This document shows, piece after piece, positions 18,551 to 27,637 of a stretch of DNA of 64,000 nucleotides (positions are counted from its first letter, which is position 1; each line of letters starts with the position of its first letter). The DNA comes from a virus. Lineage: Duplodnaviria > Heunggongvirae > Uroviricota > Caudoviricetes. Under the pieces are notes generated by a model. That model was given only the letters and a program-made list of their open reading frames with translations, did no database searches and had not been told where the DNA came from. The stretch is from positions 22,145 through 86,144 of IMG/VR virus record IMGVR_UViG_3300046055_000032. One strand, given 5' to 3'. A program made the translations under genes and the position numbers.

Positions 18551-19782
18551 CGCTGGATCTTGTTCTGGTACTGGGGACTCATGTTCGAGCCCTCCGGCAC
18601 GGCTTGTACGTACTCTTCGTTATCGAGCAAGTCCGCGGCCGCCTTCATGGCCGTGTTCTTGCGGACAGCGTCTGGGACTTCCACGATTTCAGCGTTCGCG
18701 GGATGCTGGCTGGCTTGCGTGCCGAGTTGCGCGCGAGCGCATCCCGTGAACTTGTCTTGCGTTTTGCCGGTATGCCAAACGTACTCGTCCCCGATACGGA
18801 TCATGCCGCGCGTCTCGTACCGGTGCGTGGACTCGCACGGGATCGCGGTTTGCGCGTTCGAGACGGTACTGGATGTGGTCGTGATGGGTTTCCCGTACTC
18901 GTAACTGACGCGGAGCAAGCTCGCGCGACGGAACAGGAACGTTTTCCTGACTTTCAACTGTCCTTTCTGTTCGTCCAGCCACCAATCGTTGTTGCGGCCC
19001 TGGGTTTTCTCCGCGAGGAAGTCCGTCCACTCCCCTTGCGGTTGCGCCGCCGAGATCTCGCCGCTGCTGCCCTCGTAGACTTCGATCTTGTGCCCTCGCC
19101 CCGCATCGAACGGCAGCACGGGTGCGTGATTCAGTTGGACGGGACGCGGGACCGCGAACCAGTTCTGGAAGATCTCGCGGTGCCGTTCACGCCACGCGTG
19201 CAAGTCGTGGATTTCGTGCTGCACGAACACGGGCCGGTACGCTTTCCCGGTCCGATCCTCGAACTCGCCTTCGGCGCCGAGAATGTACGACGTGATTTGT
19301 CCTTTTTCGGGCAACGAGTTCTGGTTAAAGCCTTCGAGTTTGAGGAGCCAGTTCTGTACGTCGTTCGGGGTACAGTACGTGTACGGGGTCGTTGCTGGGG
19401 AGGAATCGGACACGCTCGCGCCGGCGTCAACGACGCTAACGCAAACGTTGTGATCCTTCTGGACGCCTTCGTGCGTGAACGTCGTTTCAACGTACCACGT
19501 ACCGGTCGTGGCTTGCTGGTGAAAGTCAACGTTCACGTAAAAGGCGTCCGTGGTGCCCGTCACGCTTCCGTCCGTGTCGTGCGTGGCGGTGAACGTCCCG
19601 GTCGCGGTCTGGCTGGTCCCGTTCGGGTCCCGTTGCGAGTCGTTCGGGTTGAACAGTTTCTCGCTATGGCTCGCGGGAACGATGGTCTGCCCGCTGGAGT
19701 CGTCGACGTACGTCCAGTACAGGAGGAACGCGTCCTCCCCTTGCTCCGCGACTTCACTGAACGTTACGTCGCACGATACCAA
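18490..19782 (-). CDS. virion structural protein (430 aa)
   Basis: Long ORF in the structural block. Confidence 0.55.
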   Translation of the reverse strand: MVSCDVTFSEVAEQGEDAFLLYWTYVDDSSGQTIVPASHSEKLFNPNDSQRDPNGTSQTATGTFTATHDTDGSVTGTTDAFYVNVDFHQQATTGTWYVETTFTHEGVQKDHNVCVSVVDAGASVSDSSPATTPYTYCTPNDVQNWLLKLEGFNQNSLPEKGQITSYILGAEGEFEDRTGKAYRPVFVQHEIHDLHAWRERHREIFQNWFAVPRPVQLNHAPVLPFDAGRGHKIEVYEGSSGEISAAQPQGEWTDFLAEKTQGRNNDWWLDEQKGQLKVRKTFLFRRASLLRVSYEYGKPITTTSSTVSNAQTAIPCESTHRYETRGMIRIGDEYVWHTGKTQDKFTGCARAQLGTQASQHPANAEIVEVPDAVRKNTAMKAAADLLDNEEYVQAVPEGSNMSPQYQNKIQRWNERWREFMGQDHQRWTLL

Positions 19783-19842
19783 GCGAAGAGACCTCCGAGG
19801 AGGTACCGTTCAGGCCCTTGTTACCAATATTTAAGGTCCCGG

Positions 19843-20304
19843 CTATCCCGCTTCCACGCTCGCGCCGCTCTCGATCCATTGCAGCTCGCCGCCGAACGTG
19901 TCGTCTTGTTCGTAATCGTCGAGGAGGGCGTCCCAGACGGCTTCAGCGATCTGGTCCTGGGTCAGGCTGGCGCCGCCTGACAAGTCGTCCAAGTCATGGC
20001 TGGTCACGTAATGTCCCTCGCCAAGCGGTGGCAAAGCCGGGTCCGAGTGCTCGGCCACAGCGACGATGTTGTGGCTTTGCATACTGCTCGGGATCTCGAT
20101 ACCGAGACGCCATCCAAGTCCGGGCGTGAACGTCATCGAGTGCCGGTACGTTGCGGTGTCCCAACTGGATTCGTCTTGTTGCAAGTACTCGACAGTACCA
20201 CTGTTGTTCCGGACGAACGCGACGTCCGCGCTCCCGGACGTTACGTCGTTACCGTTCTTGTACCAGCGGCGAATGATGAGTTCGTGATCCCCGATCTGCC
20301 ACAT
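19843..20304 (-). CDS. hypothetical (153 aa)
   Basis: ORF. Confidence 0.5.
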   Translation of the reverse strand: MWQIGDHELIIRRWYKNGNDVTSGSADVAFVRNNSGTVEYLQQDESSWDTATYRHSMTFTPGLGWRLGIEIPSSMQSHNIVAVAEHSDPALPPLGEGHYVTSHDLDDLSGGASLTQDQIAEAVWDALLDDYEQDDTFGGELQWIESGASVEAG

Positions 20305-20306
20305 CG

Positions 20307-21482
20307 CTATTTGAAGGGGAAGTCAGTCACGAAACCGATCCCGTCGAACGTGTCGTCGGTGGTCTCGAACGTTTCGCTGTGCTCTTCGTTCCCGTGCGGG
20401 GGGCTGTGCTGGATCACGATGTGCTCGGCGAGCAACGATTTCGCGGTGTCGGTGTCTTGGTCTTGGAACCGGATCTCGCCGTTCTCGGGTATGTGAACTA
20501 CGACGTTGTCCGTCCTGTCCTCGTCCCCGCTACTCACGCTGTTACGTTTATTCTCGCTTCGACGAGCACTTCTCTCGCTCCCAATGTCCGGGTCGCGGAC
20601 CTCGAACAGGGCGTTACTGGCGTCACCTGGACTCAAGCTTTCGTGACGCACGCCCGCGTGATATTCCACTGGGAACTGTCCGTTCAAGTACTGAGTCCAG
20701 GTCTCGTTCTCCAACCCTGTCTCTTGATCGTCGAGGTAAATGGTGGTGTGGTCAACCCACCGATGGAACAGGTAGTTCTGTGCGTCCCGTCTCGTTGACT
20801 CGTCGAGATCAACACTGTACAGGAGGACCTCGCACATAACGCCGTTCCAGTGATCTTGAACGCTTCCCGCGCCCTCGTCGGCCCATCGAGCACCCAGCGT
20901 GACCGTCGTTGACGTGCTCTTGGCGGTCCTCCCCGAGCTGTTCTCGTCAGCTCCCCACCGCTGCAAACTTACCGTGTCGTTGCCACCGCTAACGTAGCCG
21001 CGAAGCGTTGACACGGACCACGTCCCCGGTACTTGAAGCGGTCGGTACGGGCCGCTCCCGTTATAGTTGTGCTGCTGTTGCTGTAACGGATCGTTGGGGT
21101 CAGCGTCCGCGAACGTGAGCGCCCACTCTTGATCGGGGAGGCTCACGTCGTGTTTGGCGATCGGGAACTGGGTCCCGATCGCGCCCCATTCGTTCTTGTA
21201 AACGATGATGAGGGTGAAGGGTTGCAGACCGTCGAGCGTGGAGTCATGCCCGATCGACATGAAATCGTCGCCGCCATCGAAACGGACCCCGGGACGAGCG
21301 CGGCCATAGTCTTCCGTGTACGTGGGCTGGTTCGCGGACGTGGGTTGCGAAGCGTGGAACCCGTTCCCGCTCTGGTCCCCCCACTGGCTGAGGCTGTCGC
21401 CATCGTTGGCGGTGATTTGTTTCGCGTCAAGGTGCAGCTCCAAGTCCGCGGTTTGTGGCGGGGAGAGCGGAGGGCGAGCCAT
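20307..21482 (-). CDS. LamG/concanavalin-like domain structural protein
   Basis: GDDFMSIGHD...FTLIIVYKNEW... pattern typical of laminin-G-like lectin folds. Confidence 0.55.
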   Translation of the reverse strand: MARPPLSPPQTADLELHLDAKQITANDGDSLSQWGDQSGNGFHASQPTSANQPTYTEDYGRARPGVRFDGGDDFMSIGHDSTLDGLQPFTLIIVYKNEWGAIGTQFPIAKHDVSLPDQEWALTFADADPNDPLQQQQHNYNGSGPYRPLQVPGTWSVSTLRGYVSGGNDTVSLQRWGADENSSGRTAKSTSTTVTLGARWADEGAGSVQDHWNGVMCEVLLYSVDLDESTRRDAQNYLFHRWVDHTTIYLDDQETGLENETWTQYLNGQFPVEYHAGVRHESLSPGDASNALFEVRDPDIGSERSARRSENKRNSVSSGDEDRTDNVVVHIPENGEIRFQDQDTDTAKSLLAEHIVIQHSPPHGNEEHSETFETTDDTFDGIGFVTDFPFK

Positions 21483-21613
21483 ACGTTACACCCACCGGAT
21501 GCGGCGCCGGAACTCGTGCCCCGGGTGCTGTTCCAAATGTTGTTTGACGCCTCCCGCGGACGTTTTCTCGCTGTTACAGTTCATGCAAACGTACACGTTC
21601 GTGACGGTCACCG

Positions 21614-21943
21614 TTACCACCCACTGCCCCGTTGATCCCAAGCGATGCCTTCGCGGAGACGGGCACGTTTCGGGTTCGCGTTCCCGTCACAGTACACGCG
21701 AACCACGTCCCAGTCCGACGCTGACGTCGCCGTCCCGTCCGGCGCGACGCCAATGTAAATGTCGTCGTTCGCGAGATCGCTCGGGATCGCGAATCGCATC
21801 TCTTCGCCGTCCGAGGGTTGGCGCGCCAAAAGGCGAGAGAACTTCGAGTGGCCTGCCGTCAGGAGGCCGCTCGCTGCGCTAACGTCAACGGCTCGATCCC
21901 CCGGCTTGTTAATGATGACGCTGTAATCGTGCTCGCTCGCCAC
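21614..21943 (-). CDS. hypothetical (109 aa)
   Basis: ORF. Confidence 0.45.
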   Translation of the reverse strand: MASEHDYSVIINKPGDRAVDVSAASGLLTAGHSKFSRLLARQPSDGEEMRFAIPSDLANDDIYIGVAPDGTATSASDWDVVRVYCDGNANPKRARLREGIAWDQRGSGW

Positions 21944-22106
21944 GGCTCGTCACCGTTTACGGGTCCGTGATGTCCTCCAGGAGTTCGTTCGTTCGGCGCT
22001 GCTCCTCCAGGAGGTTGTCCACGAGATGGATCAACATCGCCCAGGACTCGCGGCGACTGTCAACGTCCACTTGCGCCTCCGGTGCCTCGTCCTCAGTCAT
22101 GATCCG

Positions 22107-23105
22107 TTACTCCTCGCTCCATTCGAGCGTTACGTCAACGTCAGCCGTGTTCCCGACGGACGGTTCCTTGTTCTCGACGACGACATCGAACTGTTCGTCC
22201 TGCGTACCGTTCACGGCCTGCTGGAACAGTGACGCGTTCGCGACCTTGGGTTCCCAGTCAACGCTCGTATTCGAGCGCCCATGCAGTTGCGCGATCGTCG
22301 TTGGCGTCCCGCCGCTATCCACTTTCTGGACTTCGGCACGGAACGGGACTTCGGCACTGATGGTAGCCTTGCGGACCGTTGCCGTAACGCTCGCGCTCGG
22401 CTGGAACGTGAGCGTGCTGGTCGTGCCTGGAGACACCGCGGCAGCGGTTTGCTGTCCAGCGTCGTCCGTGCCGAGCACGCCCTCCTCCACGATCGGGACC
22501 GGGTTGCTGGAGCTGACGGCCGATCCGCCAACGTACAGGTCAGCGTCCGCGAGCAAGTTCCCGAAACTGGACTGCGTAACGGTCGCGTCAAAGTTACCGT
22601 CGTCCGTGACCGTCACGGTTGCAGCACTAACGTCCAACGCGGCGCCGCTTTGGCCGTTAACGTCCACGGCCAGGTCGTTGGTTTGCGATCCGGCGCCGCC
22701 CGTCGTGATGTCATCGATACTGTTAACGTCGAACGCGCCGTCGTCCGTGACTGTCACGGTCGCGGCACTGACGTCCAACGCGGACGCGCTCTGCGCCGCG
22801 ATGTCGACGAGGAGGTTGTTCGTTTGCGCGCCGCCCGTATTCACGTCCTGTAGCTCGTTCACGCTGAACGAACCGTTGTCCGTGACCGTTACCGTGGCGC
22901 CGCTAACGTCCAACGCGGACCCGCTTTGCGCGTTAACGTCCACGGCAAGGTTGTCCGTTTGCGAACCCACGCCGCCGGTGGTGACGTCACTGATGTCGTT
23001 CTCGAACGTGCCGTCGTCGGTGACCGTGACGCCGCCACTGGACGAGATGTCCAAACGGTCGCCGTCGCTGTCGAGTAGTCGAACGTCTTGTGGTGCTTGC
23101 GTCAT
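22107..23105 (-). CDS. repeat protein (4 units of about 40 aa), head decoration or fiber candidate
   Basis: Repeated TVTDDG.F..N...DV.TGG.GSQTN.LAVDVN.QSG.ALDVS.A. Confidence 0.55.
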   Translation of the reverse strand: MTQAPQDVRLLDSDGDRLDISSSGGVTVTDDGTFENDISDVTTGGVGSQTDNLAVDVNAQSGSALDVSGATVTVTDNGSFSVNELQDVNTGGAQTNNLLVDIAAQSASALDVSAATVTVTDDGAFDVNSIDDITTGGAGSQTNDLAVDVNGQSGAALDVSAATVTVTDDGNFDATVTQSSFGNLLADADLYVGGSAVSSSNPVPIVEEGVLGTDDAGQQTAAAVSPGTTSTLTFQPSASVTATVRKATISAEVPFRAEVQKVDSGGTPTTIAQLHGRSNTSVDWEPKVANASLFQQAVNGTQDEQFDVVVENKEPSVGNTADVDVTLEWSEE

Positions 23106-23120
23106 GGAGTGCCTCCTACA

Positions 23121-23318
23121 TTACAGTTCTGCGAGCTCCTCTTCGAGTTGCGCGATCTCGTCGTCATAGTCCTCAACCATCTGCTCCTTCTCCGCGATTT
23201 GTCGCTTCATGTCGAGGATCTGTTTCCTCGCTTCCGCCTTACGGCTCTGATAATTCGCGAGCTGGGCGCTCACCCGCGCGCGCTCCAGTTCGTCCTCGGC
23301 AGGTGCGTCAGCCGTCAT
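23121..23318 (-). CDS. small coiled-coil protein
   Basis: 65 aa, heptad-like acidic/basic pattern. Confidence 0.45.
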   Translation of the reverse strand: MTADAPAEDELERARVSAQLANYQSRKAEARKQILDMKRQIAEKEQMVEDYDDEIAQLEEELAEL

Positions 23319-23661
23319 CCAACATCACCGTAACGTGATAATCCGCGCTCTCGAAGCTTACGTTCTCGACTGCGATCTCGGCCGTGTCTGTGCTGTCCAC
23401 GGGAAGTCGACCACCTAACAGGACGGTTTTGCTGAGTTCGCTGCCCGTCGTGCTGGCTTGGATCTTGAGAGCGCCGCCGATGCGAAGCCGCCACACGCCC
23501 GGGTGCGTCCCGTCCACGATGAAGCCAACGATGTCCTCCGATCCCGAGAACGAGACGAGCGTGTTCGTGGCGTCCGTCACTAACGTGTCCACGCTCCCGA
23601 CCCGCAACTTGATCGGCGCATCGGACAGCTGCGTGACGACGCTGCCAGAAATAACGCCCAT
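23308..23661 (-). CDS. hypothetical (117 aa)
   Basis: ORF. Confidence 0.5.
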   Translation of the reverse strand: MGVISGSVVTQLSDAPIKLRVGSVDTLVTDATNTLVSFSGSEDIVGFIVDGTHPGVWRLRIGGALKIQASTTGSELSKTVLLGGRLPVDSTDTAEIAVENVSFESADYHVTVMLDDG

Positions 23662-23672
23662 GCATCATATCC

Positions 23673-24071
23673 TCATGTCGTTTTCGCGCAAACGTCCACC
23701 ACGAGTTCGCCGCTCGTCGCGTCGGCGGCGTCGGTGCTCGCGTTAACGCGAACGAACGGAGCGTGCCGAGTGACGGTGAGCGTCGCGAATTGCGTCGTCG
23801 CGGAGCCGTCGGGGAGCGTGACGTCGCTGCCAACCTGGTGCTGGTTCCCGCGAGAGAAACCAACGTCCGGCGCGTCGAAGACCTGTACCGTGGCGCTGTC
23901 GTCGCCCGTGTATTGGAAATATAGTGTTACTTGATCGTACCCCTCCCACTCCAAGACGGGCGCATCCGATCCGGTGGTCGTTAAGTCGCTGGTCGAGAAC
24001 GTGACCTCGAACCGGGCAACGCTCGTACCGCGCCGCGTCTTGTGGTCATAGTGAGTCGTGACGGACACCAT
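23673..24071 (-). CDS. hypothetical (132 aa)
   Basis: ORF; directly abuts 24072..24329. Confidence 0.5.
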   Translation of the reverse strand: MVSVTTHYDHKTRRGTSVARFEVTFSTSDLTTTGSDAPVLEWEGYDQVTLYFQYTGDDSATVQVFDAPDVGFSRGNQHQVGSDVTLPDGSATTQFATLTVTRHAPFVRVNASTDAADATSGELVVDVCAKTT

Positions 24072-24329
24072 TTACTCGTCGTCCTCCGCGATGATGATGC
24101 GCTCCTTCTCCTTCCCCTGGACGCGCCCGAACAAGTAAACCGTTACGCCGCTCAGGAACGTCCACAACTCTTTCGCCTCCTCCCGATGCAGCGGCACGAC
24201 ACCGTACAGGAGGCCGAGGCCACCGATCGCCCACACGGCAACGATGACCCACAGAACGTACTTTTCCGTGTCGTTGTTCCGGGGCGTGAGGCTGAACGTG
24301 CGTTGGAGTGCTCGCAACTCATTCATCAA
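24072..24329 (-). CDS. small membrane protein (2 TM helices)
   Basis: YVLWVIVAVWAIGGLGLLYGVV and FLSGVTVYLFG hydrophobic helices. Confidence 0.45.
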   Translation of the reverse strand: MMNELRALQRTFSLTPRNNDTEKYVLWVIVAVWAIGGLGLLYGVVPLHREEAKELWTFLSGVTVYLFGRVQGKEKERIIIAEDDE

Positions 24330-24402
24330 CGTTATCGTTCCTCGTGAAGCATCGAAGAACGGACTTCGCTTCCCGTCGCAGAGCGCGTTTGAGGTTCATC
24401 GT

Positions 24403-24705
24403 TCATGACCCGATGACTTCGACGCGAACCGTCATGGATTCGTTCTCCGGGATCGGGTCCAACCCAAGGATCGGGTCGTTCGTGTCTCCGTTCCAGTACA
24501 CGTTCCAGAACCCGTCAAGGGGTTGAACGTTCAGGTGCGAGAGGCGACGAACGCCGAGCTGGGCGGCGTCCAGCGAGAGGAAGCGCTCGTCCCAGTTCTC
24601 GATGTGAACATCCACGACGCGGTGCTTCTGCCCGCGCTCCTCCGGGATGCGCTCCACCATCTCGTACTCGACGGCGGCTTCGTCCGATGCGGGCGTGATG
24701 TTCAT
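24403..24705 (-). CDS. hypothetical (100 aa)
   Basis: ORF. Confidence 0.45.
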   Translation of the reverse strand: MNITPASDEAAVEYEMVERIPEERGQKHRVVDVHIENWDERFLSLDAAQLGVRRLSHLNVQPLDGFWNVYWNGDTNDPILGLDPIPENESMTVRVEVIGS

Positions 24706-24711
24706 CGGGGA

Positions 24712-25047
24712 TCACTTCCCGATCACGATGCACCAGGCTTCGCCGGCGTCATCGCTGCCATCGGCTTCGGCGAGACCCACCGTATCGGACCCGGACGTGC
24801 CGCTGCCGTCTTGCGCGAACGCCTTAACTTGGTCGTTGCTCTCGTCGTAATGGAACACGAACCCTTGATCGCTCACGCCACCGAACAGGACGGTCGTGAC
24901 GGTGGAGCTAAGACCCGGCACGTCGCTCAGAGCGAAGTCTTCACCCCCGGACGTGTAACTGGTAATGTCCAGGCGCCCGAACACGGCCGTCATGTCACCG
25001 AACGCGCCTCGCTTGGTCTCGTCAACCTTCGTAAAGGTTTTCGTCAC
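24712..25047 (-). CDS. hypothetical (111 aa), head completion candidate
   Basis: ORF downstream of the capsid gene. Confidence 0.45.
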   Translation of the reverse strand: MTKTFTKVDETKRGAFGDMTAVFGRLDITSYTSGGEDFALSDVPGLSSTVTTVLFGGVSDQGFVFHYDESNDQVKAFAQDGSGTSGSDTVGLAEADGSDDAGEAWCIVIGK

Positions 25048-25053
25048 GTGTCA

Positions 25054-25479
25054 TCACTCCTCGTCATTGATACGGTCAAGGATGTCCTGCTTGGTGCCTG
25101 ACGTGGCGACGCCAACGTTGGCAGCGTACGCGCGCAGCTCGTCTTTCAGCCAATCCAACGACGGCTCGCCGTCAGGGTGATCGTCATCCTCAGCTGGATC
25201 GTCCTCGTCAACCGGTGTCGCGGCCGTCTCTGCGGCAGGATCGTCGCCCTCATCAGGCTCCGTGCCCTCGGACGTTGCCGCGTCAGTCCTCTCCTCGACT
25301 GCCTGCCCGTCTTGTTCGTCCTCGGCGAGGATCGAGAGGTCATCGTACTCCGCGACCAGGTGGCGATGCCCAACGTACTCGTTACCGGGCCGGAGAGTGA
25401 TCGCCGCTCCGCCCGCCATCACGCGCCGTGGAGGCGTAGCGCGCGAACCGTCCACCGTGAATCGTACTCGCTCCGTCAT
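25054..25479 (-). CDS. acidic protein with a C-terminal HeH/SAP-like motif
   Basis: LDWLKDELRAYAANVGVATSGTKQDILDRI resembles HeH (Rho-N/SAP-like) motifs. Confidence 0.5.
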   Translation of the reverse strand: MTERVRFTVDGSRATPPRRVMAGGAAITLRPGNEYVGHRHLVAEYDDLSILAEDEQDGQAVEERTDAATSEGTEPDEGDDPAAETAATPVDEDDPAEDDDHPDGEPSLDWLKDELRAYAANVGVATSGTKQDILDRINDEE

Positions 25480-25511
25480 GTCCTCACCGATACGTCGTTC
25501 TCGTCGTTTGG

Positions 25512-26774
25512 TCAGTCCGCGCTACGCTGCTTGCCGTGGACGTTGTACCGCGTAAAGTACGATTGCTCGCACGTCAAGTACAGCGCCCGCGTATCGAACT
25601 GTCCGCGGATGACCGGGTTATCCACGTCAACGTACAGCGTCGGGAAGCCCACCTTCATGTGCGCGTGGCGCTGGTCGATGAGGTAGGTGTGGGTCAGTCC
25701 CGTGCCGCCGTTCTCGCCGTCGTCGTCGAAGTCGTTCGTCCCGTTCGACGCCAGCTTCTTGTCGGCAACGATCGGCCGATCCTGGTAGGCGCGGATCGTG
25801 AAGGTGATGTCGCGCCCGGGGTGCGTGGCGGTGGTGCTGAGCCCGTCCATGTCCAGCTTCGCCTGCACGCTCGTCAGGTCGTACCGGCCCTGGCTTTGCA
25901 GCTCGCGATAGAACGCGCGCCGCGTGTCACGGCCCGTCAGGAAGACTTGAGCCGTCGGGTCCGCGCCGTTGTCCTCCGTGTCGTCGATGATGGTATCCCA
26001 TCCGTCGAGCTGCCACGTAAGGTTCTGGTTGTAGTTGTTCTTCGATCCGTCGGGGCGCGCCACGACGCTATCGAACGTGGTAGCGCTGCGATCAACGTCG
26101 CCCTCGTACGGGTCGTAGTGACCGTTATCGTTCGAGGACGCCAAGTCGTCGTCCTCTTGATCGCTGGCGATGTGGCGATCGATGGTCTCCAGACCCTTCG
26201 CGTTCGAGTTCGCGTCGTTCTTCGCATCGCTCGTCGCGTTGGCGCCGATGTCGTTCGAGTCCGCGTGCGCGGAACGAACCAGCTCTTCGTTGAGCAGCTG
26301 CGAGTGAATGTCCCGCATAACGGCGAGCTTCCACTCCCAGACGTCCAGCCCGTCGTCGTGCTGCGCACGGAACCCGGCGTCGGTCGTCAAGTTGAACGGC
26401 GAATGCAGGAACCCCGGGATGCTATCCAGCTCGGTCGGGCTCGTATCAATGTTGCTGGCGACCGTGCCTTGCGTCGAGCCGCTGGCCGTGTCAGCGTCCG
26501 GGTCGGCGCCGCCGGCGCCCTTCGTGTTCGGGTCGCTGGTCGTGACGCGGAAACCGGACCGCTCCCACGGCTCCTTCTTCAAGATCGCGTGAGCGTTGCT
26601 TTCACGGTTCACCTGGTCGTAAACCAGGGCGCCGTAGGTGACGTTGATGGCGCCACCAAGATTGCTCACGTCACCGGCCTTGAAGAAGTTCTTCGCGAAC
26701 TTGGGGTACGCCTTGTTCTCCAGGCTCCACTCGACGTAGCTGGAGACGTTGTTACCGAGTAGGTCGTTCGACAT
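25512..26774 (-). CDS. major capsid protein (HK97-fold candidate)
   Basis: 420 aa ORF directly downstream of the scaffold and protease genes, in the canonical gene order. Confidence 0.65.
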   Translation of the reverse strand: MSNDLLGNNVSSYVEWSLENKAYPKFAKNFFKAGDVSNLGGAINVTYGALVYDQVNRESNAHAILKKEPWERSGFRVTTSDPNTKGAGGADPDADTASGSTQGTVASNIDTSPTELDSIPGFLHSPFNLTTDAGFRAQHDDGLDVWEWKLAVMRDIHSQLLNEELVRSAHADSNDIGANATSDAKNDANSNAKGLETIDRHIASDQEDDDLASSNDNGHYDPYEGDVDRSATTFDSVVARPDGSKNNYNQNLTWQLDGWDTIIDDTEDNGADPTAQVFLTGRDTRRAFYRELQSQGRYDLTSVQAKLDMDGLSTTATHPGRDITFTIRAYQDRPIVADKKLASNGTNDFDDDGENGGTGLTHTYLIDQRHAHMKVGFPTLYVDVDNPVIRGQFDTRALYLTCEQSYFTRYNVHGKQRSAD

Positions 26775-26776
26775 GT

Positions 26777-27586
26777 TCAGCGACCTCCAAAGTAGGTCTT
26801 GTTCAGGTACTTGTTGACCTCGAAGTGGTTCTGCTTCGTCCCAGCGCGGAACCCAACGCGACCACTGGACTCGAACGTGCCCCCGCTCACGTCCCGATCC
26901 TCACCGATCGCCTTCTCGATCAAGTTCGGGAGCGCCTTCCGCGGATCGTTATCGTTCTTCTGGAACACTTCTTGCAGCTCGTCGCTGCGACCGAAACCCG
27001 GTGGCGCGGGCGTGGACGCTTTCGCGACCTCCTCAGCGCGCTCTTCAGCCTGAGACACGGCCCGGCTCGTCGCCTCGTCGAGCAGCTCCTCGACTTCGTC
27101 GCGCGTGAACGTGTCGCGGCTCTTCGGGATCTTGGACTCGTCCTCGTCCGTGGTATCGTTAGCCGGCTCCGAGGACGAGCGCTGGTGACGTTGCGCGTCG
27201 GAGTCCGTGTAACGGTCCGGCGCACCGCCGCCCTCCTCTTCCTCGGGGTTCTCCCCGACGGCCTCCTCCTGTTGGCCGTCCGGGAACTCCACGTCGTCCT
27301 CGGGATGAGGCTCGTCCTCCTTCAGGACGCGCCGCTCGATCCGGTCGAGCCGCTCACCCATGCGCTCCTGCTGCTTCGAAACGGACTGGAGCGCCTGCAC
27401 GGCCTTGTCGAGAACCTCCTCGGTCTCAGCTTCGGGCGAGCCCTCGTCCTCCTCGTCCTCGTCGCGCTCGGGCGAGCGATCCTGCGTCTCCTCGTCCGGG
27501 GGTCCAGTGTCGTTCATCAGTGCGATCTCCTCGTCGTCGTCCTCCTCCTCGTCGTCGGGAGGAGGCACGTTGGTATCCTCAGTCAT
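26777..27586 (-). CDS. scaffolding protein
   Basis: 269 aa, extremely acidic (D/E runs), coiled-coil; lies between the protease and the capsid gene. Confidence 0.6.
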   Translation of the reverse strand: MTEDTNVPPPDDEEEDDDEEIALMNDTGPPDEETQDRSPERDEDEEDEGSPEAETEEVLDKAVQALQSVSKQQERMGERLDRIERRVLKEDEPHPEDDVEFPDGQQEEAVGENPEEEEGGGAPDRYTDSDAQRHQRSSSEPANDTTDEDESKIPKSRDTFTRDEVEELLDEATSRAVSQAEERAEEVAKASTPAPPGFGRSDELQEVFQKNDNDPRKALPNLIEKAIGEDRDVSGGTFESSGRVGFRAGTKQNHFEVNKYLNKTYFGGR

Positions 27587-27637
27587 TGTGTACCTCCGTG
27601 AACCCTCCCCACGAAGAGGAGGGGGGAGCGTGAGCCG